In this document: in pieces, positions 1 through 16,087 of the stretch
Position numbering within the stretch: the stretch's first letter is position 1
Layout: each line of letters opens with the position of its first letter
Source of the DNA: Eledone cirrhosa
Taxonomy: Eukaryota
Reading direction: 5' to 3'
NCBI GenBank assembly: GCA_964016885.1
Contig: OZ024747.1
Span: forward strand, 87,048,001 to 87,112,000
Length of the DNA stretch: 64,000 nt
Notes under the pieces: generated by a model
What the model saw: the letters and a program-made list of their open reading frames with translations, nothing else
What the model was told of the DNA's origin: nothing
Database searches by the model: none
Made by a program: the position numbers and the translations under genes

Positions 1-2757
<2,757 letters not shown>

Positions 2758-2972
2758 TTCGTTTCTGAATTTGTTTAGCAAGATTCTTTATCTGAAATCG
2801 TGTGTTGAAACCGATATTGTTATACTTTGGGAGGGTCATGTTGCCAATAAGAAACACACGCACCAGTTGCTTTCACTTCAATTTAATTTAATATATATTT
2901 ATAAATTTACAAATTTATAAATTTCTGGTTGGTTGGTTGGTTCCACAACAAGATAGTTGTTTATATATATAT

Positions 2973-3017
2973 AGTCATAGTTCTTTCGTCACACACTCTG
3001 TGACCTCTTCAGTGACT
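2973..3017 (-). ncRNA. Mirror copy of the 3129-3173 hammerhead ribozyme
   Basis: Reverse complement in the left arm of the palindrome. Confidence 0.7.
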
Positions 3018-3128
3018 GGGGATTTCTTTCTTCGTTTCTGTGCCTTTCCTTTCTTCTATCCTACGCCATTTTCAAAATGGCGTAGGATAGAAGAAAGGAA
3101 AGGCACAGAAACGAAGAAAGAAATCCCC

Positions 3129-3173
3129 AGTCACTGAAGAGGTCACAGAGTGTGTGACGAAAGAACTATGACT
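3129..3173 (+). ncRNA. Minimal type I hammerhead ribozyme
   Basis: agtca-CTGAAGA-g-gtcaca(gagtg)tgtgac-GAAA-g(aa)c-TA-tgact. Stem I is agtca/tgact, stem II has 6 bp, stem III is minimal, and the predicted cut is after CUA. Confidence 0.7.
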
Positions 3174-3328
3174 ATATATATATAAACAACTATCTTGTTG
3201 TGGAACCAACCAACCAACCAGAAATTTATAAATTTGTAAATTTATAAATATATATTAAATTAAATTGAAGTGAAAGCAACTGGTGCGTGTGTTTCTTATT
3301 GGCAACATGACCCTCCCAAAGTATAACA

Positions 3329-5147
<1,819 letters not shown>

Positions 5148-5405
5148 AGTATGCTAGGGAAAGGATCAGGGGTGTATAACACTCCACTTATCCAGCAGGC
5201 AGTATGAGGTTAGCTCAATGTAAGGACAGAGCCGTAATATAATAAATCAATAACAAAGAACGCTTATAGCATATGCATATCTTTACTTGCTAACATTGTT
5301 TCATCCGCACTATAAGTGGGACTCATCAGAGCATAAAGGTTAATTACATACCATATAATATAAGCTAGTGACTCTCAGTTCCTACCTCATGAACTTAAGG
5401 ATAGG
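5148..5405 (-). mobile_element. Penelope-like 3' end / pseudo-LTR fragment, family P2
   Basis: Carries a complete hammerhead on the - strand. Its 3' end runs into (TA)n at 5147, and its other end abuts the 5'-truncated RTE at 5406. Confidence 0.55.
5281..5338 (-). ncRNA. Type I hammerhead ribozyme
   Basis: Minus strand reads ctttatgct-CTGATGA-gtcccac(ttata)gtgcggat-GAAA-c(aat)g-TT-agcaagtaaag. Stem I is tgct/agca extended by cttta/taaag, stem II is gtcc-cac/gtg-c-ggat, and the cleavage triplet is GUU. Confidence 0.75.
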
Positions 5406-8087
5406 TTTTACGAGTCCCTAATACACACTACTGCTCTAACAGACGACAAGGACTTCCTAATCATTGCAGGAGATTTTAACGGACACGTAGGTAAACACTG
5501 CGACGGCTTCAATAGAGTACATGGAGGCCATGGAGTTGGCACAAGGAATGAGGAAGGATTCAGACTTCTAGAATTCTGCGACGCCAATGACATGTCGATA
5601 TGTAACACAAACTTTAAAAAACCCGACAACCACCTGATCACCTATAGATCAGGGTAGCACTCTAGTCAGTTAGATTTTATCCTCATCAGAGGACGTGACA
5701 GATGGACGGTCGTAAACACAAAAGCCTTCCCTAGTGAGGAATGTACATCCCAACATAGCTTAGTTGTCAGCGACCTTACGGTCAGAACTAGACGAGCCCT
5801 GAAACAGAGGCCAACCTGGAGAAGAAAGACCTGGAAGCTGAAAGTCCCCTCAACCAGTAACAGATTTAAAGATATTTTACTCAACGCCTACGACAGTAAA
5901 GAAGAACAGATAGAGACATTTAACGTAGAAGAAAACTGGGAGTTCCTAAAAAATAACTTACTAGAGGCGACGGATGAGGTTTGTGGCTGGAGTAAGACCT
6001 CAAGCAGGAGGAGAGTGACTTGGTGGTGGAACAATAAGGTAGATGAAGCAGTCAAGGCCAAGAGACAGGCATGGAAAGAATGGAAGAACGGGGGGAGCAG
6101 GGTACATTACATAGAGACCAAGAGGGAAGCTAGGCGACAAGTATACTTAGCTAGGAGGGAAGCAGAGGATAGAAAATTCAAGCATGTTTTACAACGTGAG
6201 GACCAGAAACAGGAGGTATTCAAGATTGCGAGGCAGTGTGTCAGAGATAGTTGTGATGTCATTGGAGAGAAGTGTATCCGGAATGATAAAGGTGAGCTTG
6301 CCTTCACAAGTGCTGAGAAGAAAGATGCATGGAAGAGTCATTATGATAGATTACTAAATGAGGAGAATGCATGGGAAGAAGAGACCCTACCCCATGTAGA
6401 CCCTATAGAGGGACCAGCAGTACAAGTCAGCGGCAGCGTAGTAAGTAAGGCAATCAGAGATATGAAGATGGGGAAGGCAACCGGTCCATCGGGTATAGCT
6501 GCCGAGATGCTGAACGCATCTGGGTCTGTAGGTCACACTATAACCACACGTATCGTTAACCAGGTAATACTAGAAGGGGCCATACCAAAAGATTGGTGCA
6601 GTAGCATCATTGTCAACTGCTACAAAGGTAAAGGCGATGCACTAGATAGAGGAAACTATAGAGGTATAAAGTTGATGGACCAGGTCATGAAAGTAACAGA
6701 AAGAGTTATAGCACAGCTGATTAGGGACCGGGTGAATATAGATGAGATGCAATTTGGGTTTGTACCAGGGAGAGGCACCACTGATGCCCTCTTCCTTGTG
6801 AGGCAATTACAGGAAAAGTACCTAGCTAAAAGTAAGCCACTCTACTTGGCATTTGTCGACCTTGAGAAAGCCTTTGACAGAGTTCCACGTGCAGTAATCT
6901 GGTGGGCTCTTAGAAAACTAGGAGTAGATGAATGGCTTGTAAAAGCGGTACAAGCCATGTATAGGGGAGCAGTCAGCAAAGTTAGGATTAGCAATGAGTA
7001 TAGCGAGGAATTTAGCGTACAGGTTGGGGTCCACCAGGGCTCTGTTCTTAGCCCTCTCCTGTTCATCATAGTCCTGCAGGCAATAACAGAGGAGTTTAAG
7101 ACCGGATGCCCATGGGAACTCTTGTATGCTGATGACCTCGCACTCATAGCTGAATCTATGGTAGAACTAGAGAATAAATTCCAAACCTGGAAGCAGGGAC
7201 TAGAGAGAAAGGGCCTCAAAGTCAACATGACAAAGACTAAGGTCCTTGTAAGTAGACAAGAAAACAGAACCCAGATCCCCTCAGGGAAATGGCCTTGCTC
7301 AGTATGTAGGAAAGGTGTAGGTAGGAACTCCATTCTCTGCCCCAAATGCAAACAATGGGTACACAAGAGATGTAGCGGGATCTCAGGAAGCTTAATTAAG
7401 AATGTAGGATTCACATGCAGCAGCTGTGCTGAAACAGCAAGCAAACAGCCACAGGAAACAAGTACCACCAATCTCTGGGAGGGCCCTGTAGAAACAGTAG
7501 ACAGCTTCTGCTACCTAGGTGACCGAATTAGCAACGGAGGTGGGTGCTCAGAAAGTACAATAACTAGGGTAAGAACGGGATGGAAGAAGTTTAGGGAACT
7601 ACTACCACTGCTAGCTGCAAAAGGCTTCTCCCTCAGAATGAAAGGCAGACTGTATGATGCGTGTATCCGAACAGTGATGTTGCATGGTAGTGAGACCTGG
7701 GCGCTGAAGGTGGAAGACTTACGTAGATTAGAGAGAAACGAAGCCTGCATGCTCCGATGGATGTGTAACAGTAATATACGTGAACGACAAAGCATAAAGG
7801 AATTGAGAGAGAGACTGAGCATAAGAGGAATCAAATGCTGCGTGCAGGAGAGGCGGTTACGCTGGTATGGACATGTGATGCGTATGAAGGATGACAGCTG
7901 CATAAAAAGGTGCAAAGCACTAGAAGTTGATGGAAACCGCGGAGTGGGGAGACCCAAGATGACTTGGGATGAGGTGATAAAAGCCGACCTTACCCAACTA
8001 CACCTCTCAAAGACAATGACACACGACCGTGACTTCTGGCGTCACACAGTAATACAGGGTACCCGACCTCCCATGGGTACAAGCTGA
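5406..8087 (+). pseudogene. RTE ORF (APE-RT with PHD-finger insert), single in-frame stop
   Basis: One reading frame runs from 5406 to TGA at 8087. It is broken only by TAG at 5655-5657, where family B encodes Glu. The ORF-track entry 6015..8087 is its distal part. Confidence 0.88.
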
Positions 8088-8386
8088 AGCATATAAACAA
8101 TATGTCTCCACTCCCCCCACCGTAAGGTGGTCGTGGAGGTGCCACGGCAAAAAAGCACCCAGCCCACACTGTAAAGTGGACGTGTAGGCGCCACGAAAAA
8201 GCACCCAGCACTCACTGTAAATGAGGTTGGTGTTAGGAAGGGCATCCAGCTGTAGAAATCAAGCCAGATCAGTTCCTGTATGAGCAAGGCATGGTCAGCC
8301 GACCAGACACTGCCCACAACAGGACAACCCGTCTAACCCATGCTAGCGTGGAAGAACGGACGTAAAACGGTGATGATGATGATGAT
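5406..8386 (+). mobile_element. RTE-clade LINE, family A, 5'-truncated
   Basis: APE endonuclease C-half (IAGDFNGHVG, QLDFIL) and RT motifs (FVDLEKAFD, GVHQGSVLSPLLF, LYADDL). The 3' UTR ends in (GAT)n at 8370-8386. Confidence 0.93.
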
Positions 8387-8520
8387 CCAGCAGTAGAGAC
8401 TGAGCCAGAAACAGTTCTGTATGAGGAAGACCCGGTCACTTGATCTGACTTATATCAGGACAACTTTTCTAACCCATGCTAGCGTATACAATGGACATTA
8501 AATAATGATGATGATGATGA
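8387..8520 (+). mobile_element. Second, older RTE-type 3' tail fragment
   Basis: ctaacccatgctagcgt...ggacattaaa followed by (GAT)n, similar to 8334-8386. Confidence 0.6.
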
Positions 8521-9391
8521 TTGCATCTGTTACAACTCGGTTATGAGAGGGTATTTGATTATACCTCACTCTGTTTGTACTTCTATAACCTACACACACA
8601 TACATAAGTACACACACATCGGTTTTCTGAGGTAGAATTGTAAAGCTGGGTGGCTTTTGTTGCTTTTTACGATAAAAATGGTGCATTTATTCTAAAATCA
8701 AGGTAGTAATTAGCTTCATACAAAGGATAGCACAGTTTAAATAAATGTTAAATTTCATCTAGTTACAGAATACTTATGCTAAATTTTACACATCACTTTT
8801 GAAGTTAATTTAGTGGAATAAGATAAGAGTTTTTGATCTTGCTGTATTGATAAGACAGTAATTTACAGAGTATTATCATTATGAACTTTGCTGTGCAAAT
8901 TTATGTTTGCACCATTAGACTAAATACTAATTAATTTGTAAATAAATGGCTTGGAATTATCTGCTGTAGACTGGTTCTTCATGGTTGTCTTATAATCTGA
9001 ACTTTGATACTTTGCCATTTGAGTATATAGTGTAAATAAAATGTATTTGTATAAAATAAAAGTTCTCTCAAAATTCCTTTCACAATATTAAATGAGATCT
9101 CAGACTGTATCCCACCATGATGCAGTTCTTAAGTTCTGTGATTAGTTGTAACTGTCACAGACAGCCAAGGCCATGTTTGAGCCCTGCCTTCAGTGTTGGG
9201 AATACAATCACATAATTTACACATCACAATTATTACTTTTTACATTCTAAGATCATCATTTCATCAATCATTAACCCTTTAGCATTTAAACTGGCCATAT
9301 CTGGTCAGAATTCTCTCACCTCTTTTTGTTCAAACCAGCTGTAAATGGCCACTCATATTGATGTTAAGGTATTTTTCTCAAAATAAATAAT

Positions 9392-9579
9392 TGTTTCTAC
9401 TTTTGGCACAAGGCCAGCAATTATTCCAGTGTATTACTGGTACTTTATTTTATCGACCCTGTAGGGATAAAAGGCAAAGTTAACCTCGGCGGGATTTGAA
9501 CTCAGACCATAAAGGGCCGTAACTCTTTGCTACAAAGCATGGCGTCTGACCCTCTACCGATACTGCCAATACACCGCCC
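9392..9579 (-). mobile_element. ~190-bp tRNA-derived SINE (family S1) with 18-bp target-site duplication
   Basis: B-box-like gagttcaaatccc and (ATT) tail. TSD tttctcaaaataaataat at 9374-9391 and 9580-9597. Many near-identical copies in the window. Confidence 0.85.
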
Positions 9580-10696
9580 TTTCTCAAAATAAATAATATC
9601 AAAATCTCAGATTCGATATATGTGAGATAAAGCCTTTACAGTGAAAATACAATAGTAAATATAGAGTAATGTAAGTGCTAAAGCATTCACGAAGTATGCA
9701 CTATTGAAGACCATTCACAAACTAATGTACCAAGGCTAGAAAGAACTATATTTTTCTGAAAATAAAGAATCTCCATACAGTTTAAAAAATGATAAAAATC
9801 AACACCAGTTTTAACAATTACATTAGTATTTCATTAAACAGCTTTCCTACAAACTCTTCACCAGAATAGTAATATACATTGCATTTCTATTCAAATTTTA
9901 CACACAGCATATTGGCAGTGATAATCAAGTTTTATTGATTGCAAATCTAAGAGAAATGTCACAAAAATATATGCCCTTTTATGTAAATGTTCTCATTATG
10001 ATGATCTGTTTATGAATCACAGACAAAAAAAAAATGTTTTTAAAGTCTATTTGTGATGGAGTGAAATCTATTATTTATCATATCAATTCAAGGTTTGACA
10101 TTCATAATGGTATAAAGCAATAACAATAAGTGCTCCTGTTTTCGATATCATTTTCCCCTTGTTATGTAAACAAGCTTTCAAATTCCATGAAAGCATATAC
10201 TCCTGTTCAACAGAAGCTATATGAAAGCAAACAAAAATTGCAAAGCTGCATATCTGTGATCTACCTTTTGCTGATGGTGCTTTTCCTATAGTACTTACAA
10301 CTAATAAACCCCTTTCATTCATTAATCAATTCCCCAAGGTAAATAAAGGTTTGTAATTCTGCATCAGGTTCCAAAAATTTAACATTTTAAACTAAGAACC
10401 ACAAACAAATAATGTATTCCAAAATGGAAATTACTCAGTCTCCTCCTCTGGCAGTTCTTTTGTATGGGCTATAGTAAGTTCAGACAATCTGACTTTTGAT
10501 TCAGAGCCAAGTTTCAGAATTAAGCAATCCTTCAGTAACTTTTGTTATGCTTCACAAAACGTATTTCAAAATATCTGCAATTGTCTCATCACAAAATATT
10601 GAGTTTATAGGATGCAGGATCTGTTTTTGGCTGCCTAATTTATGGTGGCACCAAATCCTAAATTAATTACATATACCAAGTGATAAATACCTTCCT

Positions 10697-10780
10697 ATGG
10701 GGATTTTTGGTACCCTGCAGGATGAAAATCAAAACCCGTCAAAGAGCAGTGGAACTAAGAGTCAATGGCCATCCCAAAAA
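10697..10780 (+). mobile_element. Diverged fragment of the 610-bp bipartite element at 35752
   Basis: cctgcagga...aaaacccgtcaaagagc...taagagtcaatggccatcc aligns by eye to 35878-35941. Confidence 0.65.
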
Positions 10781-10810
10781 TAGAAAATCAAGAAGTAGGT
10801 AAGAAAAAAG

Positions 10811-11128
10811 GACAGTGCAGATATTTGCAATTTGGTGGGACTCTTTATCCTGGACACCTAACGCACAATATTCTCAGATTTCCAGACGGGTTTATACTGT
10901 GACAAATGTCTGGCCATTATGAGCTATGAAAACGGCCAGGACCTAACGACCTATAGGAAAGGTTTAATTACCACGTTTAGGGAACTAGGGCTAAAAATAC
11001 CCTTATCTATCAACATCACTAGTATTAATTTCTTAGACTTCAACCTAGACCTATGTACACACACCCATAAACTGTTCCATAAGCCTAATGAAAACTTTAG
11101 ATACATATACAAGAACTCCTACCATCCC
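10811..11128 (+). pseudogene. Degenerate Penelope-like reverse transcriptase fragment
   Basis: DSADICNLVGLFIL..*..GLYCDKCLAI...FRELGLKI...INFLDFNLDL...KPNENFRYIYKNSYHP matches the PLE RT motif order (ELVGLYIL / GLYRDDGL / NFLD / KPN / SNHP). The catalytic DD is mutated and there is one stop. Confidence 0.75.
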
Positions 11129-11589
11129 TATAATTCAAAACCCAAGAGCAGTGCATTGTGTTCTTAAGCAAAACACTTCATTTCACCTTGCTCCAGTCAA
11201 CTCAGCTAAAAACAATTACCAGCAACACCTGGGGGTTAGGTTTAACCCTATGATAGACTGGCATCTTGTACTATTAGAGACAAGCTTTCAGGCCATGTCT
11301 CTTTGGTCTAATAATAATAATTCAGCAGCCCATGAGTTGTGGCTTTTTTTTCATTTCCCCACCACCAGCAACAACAACAACCCAGTCTTGGAGGAAATGC
11401 CAAATGTCAAAAGTGCTGCCATTCTGCCTCTGAATAAACCACAGAAATGATATAACTTTTAAGCTGAGTTTTGATAAACAAGCATGCTGTGGAGAATTTT
11501 TTTAAATATTGATATTTACAAACAGAAGATTGTTTGAATGCTGTATGTATATGCAAGTTTACATATATTTCATTATTTATTTCCCTGTT

Positions 11590-11638
<49 letters not shown>

Positions 11639-12283
11639 ATTCCCTGTATGTATTTGTATGCTTTATGCATTGATATTTTGTAACATATACTTTCCTCCTA
11701 TCCTGATTTATCATGTAGATCTTGTAAAATTATGTGTATAGAGATGATTGGGAAAGAGAAGGAAAGGTTTATAGATAAAGGGTGTTAGACAAACTTGGTT
11801 CTTAAAGACATAGGTATAAAATGTAATTTTTTAATGAAAGCTGTTGAAATCCTTGAGGGATGTTCAAGATTATACAGTATTAGCCATATCTATTTTTAAT
11901 ATCACTTTGAAGACTAAATACAGGAATAATCTGTTAAAACAACACAATCTAATCATATTTGAGACAGTTTACTGTTTAGTGGTTTTTATAGCTAAGTGTT
12001 CATATTGTGAGCTTGATTTATTTGGTTGATTCTGGTAAAAACAGCGGTTGTGATATTATATATAAATATTTTGAAAGATTTATGTATTCCTGGGTAGTTG
12101 TTGCTTGTGGACACAGCATGGGTGAATGGTTAAGAAATTTATTTTGCAAACATATGGTTTTAGGTTTGATCCAAAGCCTTATGAGTGAAACTGAGTTGAC
12201 AGAAACTATTTGGAAACCCATCAGATTGATTGTATCTGTAAATCAAAGAGCCAGCCCTGACACACATTCTGTCATTCTGAATC

Positions 12284-12490
12284 ATTATCATCGTCATCAT
12301 CGTTTAACATCCATCTTCCACGCTAGCATGGATAGGACATGTTGACCCTTAGGGAGAGAATCAGGTCAGAGGACCATGTTTAGCTCACCTGAGGCAGATT
12401 TTGGCTTGTTTCTACAGCTGGATGCCTTTCCTAACACCAACCACATTTACAGTGTGTTCTGGGTGCTTTTTATTGTCACCTACACGACCA
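12284..12490 (-). mobile_element. RTE-type 3' UTR fragment
   Basis: (ATC)n tail and ttctacagctggatgcctttcctaacaccaacc, shared with the RTE 3' UTRs at 8225-8260 and 49030-49065. Confidence 0.7.
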
Positions 12491-12766
12491 CTCTATATCT
12501 TTGAGAATTACATTAAAGGTAAACATATCTGCAGGTATAGCCTCGAGCTTTCTAGAGTATCGACTGTATGACACTCTTTGTCTTGATCAATAAAATAAAA
12601 TTAGTGTGTTTGTTTGTGTGTGTATACATATGTGTGTGTGTGTGTGTGTATTCTACCTCACCTTCACCTCTAAAATTCACACACACACACACACACACCA
12701 CACACAGCACACAACACATGCACACGCACCTTATTTTGACATATGAGGGTTATAACACACGCGCGC

Positions 12767-12977
12767 AAAGGGGTGATGAAAGTTCCTGGCTTTCGGTAAT
12801 AGAAAATACAAGAGCATCAGTTAATCATGATTTTTATCCAACACATTCCCCTCACAGATTCACGCACTTATTGCAGCAGCCCTTCAGTTTTTCTTAGCCC
12901 TGTAAAAAGAACTCAGAAGGTTGGGCCTCCAAGCAGGCTTCTGTAGCAGTGATCATCCAGGAACATTTCAGCACTTG
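12767..12977. mobile_element. Tc1/mariner-type MITE
   Basis: Imperfect TIRs ggggtgatgaaagttcctgg and ccaggaacatttcagcac, with no ORF between them. Confidence 0.55.
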
Positions 12978-13482
12978 TGTGTGTACGTGTATATATATAT
13001 ATATACACACACACATGCTATATATAGTCAGCTATTTTGATATAATAGGGATGTATTAACATACAGTATATGATTTCATATACACACCTATTAGCTTAAA
13101 TGCTGTCTTAGTGTTACTGTAATGTGCTTAGCATTAGGAAAGGTATCCGGCTGTAGAAACCAAGCCAAAATATAGATCTGTATGTGCATGAATTGGTTTT
13201 CGGGTCTGACGTGTCTTATAATGTGACAACCCATCTAACCCATGGAAAAATAGATGTTAGATGATCATGACACATATATATATATATATATACATGGTAT
13301 AAGAATAAAGGAACAAAGAGTCAGTTTTGCATCATAACATATTTAATAACATATTACATATGTTTCACTGTCAATCAGATCGAGGAATGATCTATTATTG
13401 ATCGAACCTGACTCTGGAATCGAAAGATCCTCAGTATGTAAGCTCCTATACACCTATGTATATATATACATATATATATATA

Positions 13483-13690
13483 AACAAATTTAATATAGAA
13501 ATGGCTTCTACAGGACTAGAACTGTTTCATTCAAAGGAATTCATCAGGAAAGCTTTCCTGATGAATTCCTTTGAATGAAACAGTTCTAGTCCTGTAGAAG
13601 CCATTTCTATATTAAATTTGTTGTTTACACTCTACTAGTGTATTGAGAACCTTACTTACTGTGGTTACCCTCTGATTGAACCTGGGACCA

Positions 13691-13693
<3 letters not shown>
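13483..13693. mobile_element. Fold-back Penelope-like terminus, family P3
   Basis: 140-bp palindrome at 13483-13622 centred on aaag|cttt. The right arm is extended ~70 bp to (TA)n. A hammerhead core CTGATGA-attc(cttt)gaat-GAAAC starts 5 nt from the axis. Confidence 0.65.
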
Positions 13694-13738
<45 letters not shown>

Positions 13739-14199
13739 TGCTGGAAACTAATAACTAACAATATAAGAAACTGCTATGAATCATCTTACATTTTACATAA
13801 TTTCTGTTGAAGTATAAGTATCTCTCTTGCTTACTTTTGCTACTACATATGCTACTACTGTTACTACTACTATTAAAATATTGGGAGTATTTAGATGATA
13901 GAAAGAAAGAATGAGCTAGAATCTGATAAAATTATATCAAGACGTTAACTGAGTATAGGGATCAAATATTTCATGGGCCAATTGTAACTGTTCAGTCTGA
14001 GGATACTTCATCTAAACTGTTAGTATGGAATGGTGTAGTGAACTAGCAGCTACTTAGAAATATCCAAAGATTAGCTAGGGGTGAGTAGGAGGAAAGAATG
14101 TAGGTATTTTTAGTTTCTAATATATTTCATCTATTGCATGCTTAGAATCAATTCCAAAGGTAAAGTTACTGAATTTAAGTTTCTTCTTCAAGATAAATT

Positions 14200-14372
14200 T
14201 AGCCCTTTTGTGACCATATTTCTATGAAAGATGCTGTCTATGATTTACAAATCATTTTGAAAATAATCAAGAATTGAGTGATGTAGAATTAACTTTTTCA
14301 TTATTAAGCTGGTGTTTGGAAACAAATGTATCAAAGGGGCAGTTTCAGGTTGGTGGTATGAAAAAGGGTTGA
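14200..14372 (+). mobile_element. MITE with TTAA-CCCTTT-like ends (piggyBac-like)
   Basis: ttagcccttttgtgaccata...tatgaaaaagggttga. Homologous in opposite orientation to 23873-24096. Confidence 0.5.
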
Positions 14373-16087
14373 GTATATTAATTTATACTGCTGATCTTCA
14401 TTTAACTAGTTAACTATGTGTCATTGTTTATGCAGAACATAAACAAATTTTACTGCCTGTTTTAAATACTGTTAATATGAAGATAGACACACATACATAT
14501 AAGATGTTCATGTGTGTGTATGTATGTGTGTGTGAGAGATCATTTGATATTATAGAAACATGCAACATGAAAGACCTGAAAGAAAGAAAAATAGATGGAA
14601 AAGATTTATGCCATGGTAATGAGGGTAAAACACTATCTCCTAAGTGTTAATTGATTTTTTCCTGCACCAAGCCAACAAATACCTAGAAATGTATTAAATC
14701 ACACACACAGAACAACATTTGATCAGCTGCTCTGAAAACAGTGTCTGTCCCAACTTTACACTTGTAAAGTAATTGGTTTTGACACTTTTGACACCAAGTC
14801 ACCTGAAACTGATTCTACAATGTTTATTTAAAAACCTTCATTCATAATTATATATAAGAGCCTTGGTTGAGTTAGCATATAATAATGATCTCTCAAAATT
14901 CTTGATTATTTTTATAATTCTTTAAAAATAATAGTGTCTTTCATTAGACACTATACATAGTGATAAAAGAGTTTCAAATGTATAAAATAGCCTCAAAACT
15001 TCTTGTTCAACCCATGCTAACATTGAAAAGCAGGCTGTGTGTATGTATACATATGTTGTCATCATCATCAATGTTTTAATGTCCATTTTCCATACTAGTA
15101 AGAGTTGGATGGATCTACACAGACCAAGTCAGTACTGAAGTGGGGCTACTGATCTCCCAGACAGTCCAGCACTCTGTGTTTCGCTTATGTACCAGCTCAC
15201 ATGAGGTTGTCATGTCTTCCTATCACCAACTACTTTACAGTGTGTACTTCTCTGACATAAAATAGGGAGTTGGCTTATATTTGGATCATCTTATATTCGA
15301 GTATATACAGCATGTCTTTCAGTAATACCTTCAATAAATATTATATCTGTAATTATAGAAAAGGAAACGGTTATCATGACTATAATTTTATTGTTGATAC
15401 TGTTACACTAAATCATCACTAAACATCAAGAACAATGAAATATTATGTCTGGGTATTATAGTTCTTATGTGTACTTTAAGTCAGCATTTAACTTAAAAGC
15501 AATCTATTGTTAAACTGAGCATAATAATTCCTGTCACAAGAGAAAAGGTAACTTGTCAGTTTAACATTGACCTTTTTGCCTCGGTTATATTTTTTAAAAG
15601 TGACCTTGTTGTCATCTTTGAACTTTTCTTAACGCAATAATGCCTGTCTTTCAACTAAACACTAGAGTTGTATTTTTTTGGTTCTTTTATTTCTCTGATA
15701 TTGTTGACAATTATAGATTATTCTATTTATAACTCTAACCCTCTAGGCAATGAGAGAGAAATCTAGAAAGCTCACTTTACTTCCCTTTGCAGGAAGTTGT
15801 ACGATGATAGATATATGAGAAGATAAAAACAATATATATATATATATAAATCAGGATGGATTCAGTTTGAAACTGGTTAGACTCACCAGGGTGCTCAATA
15901 CTTGGGCTAGTAGAGTATGGTTATATTATAAAGAGTCATATCATCAGGAATTATCAAAAGCGATTGAATTGAACAAAATGCCTATATCAAGAATATAAGC
16001 ACATGAAGAACAGGAGTGAAGCAGGGTAGAGATACAAAGATGTAAAAGAGTGTGTTTTTAGGTTGAGGTATAAAGCAATTCATCATC

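Larger units (their letters stand above)
2758..3332. mobile_element. Fold-back terminus (inverted pseudo-LTR) of a Penelope-like element, family P1
   Basis: 519-bp palindrome at 2814-3332 centred on C3073 (ccatttt-c-aaaatgg). The left arm has an unpaired extension (2758-2813). Both ends run into (TA)n. Contains a hammerhead motif and an ATG-initiated peptide shared with 61442-61522. Confidence 0.75.
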
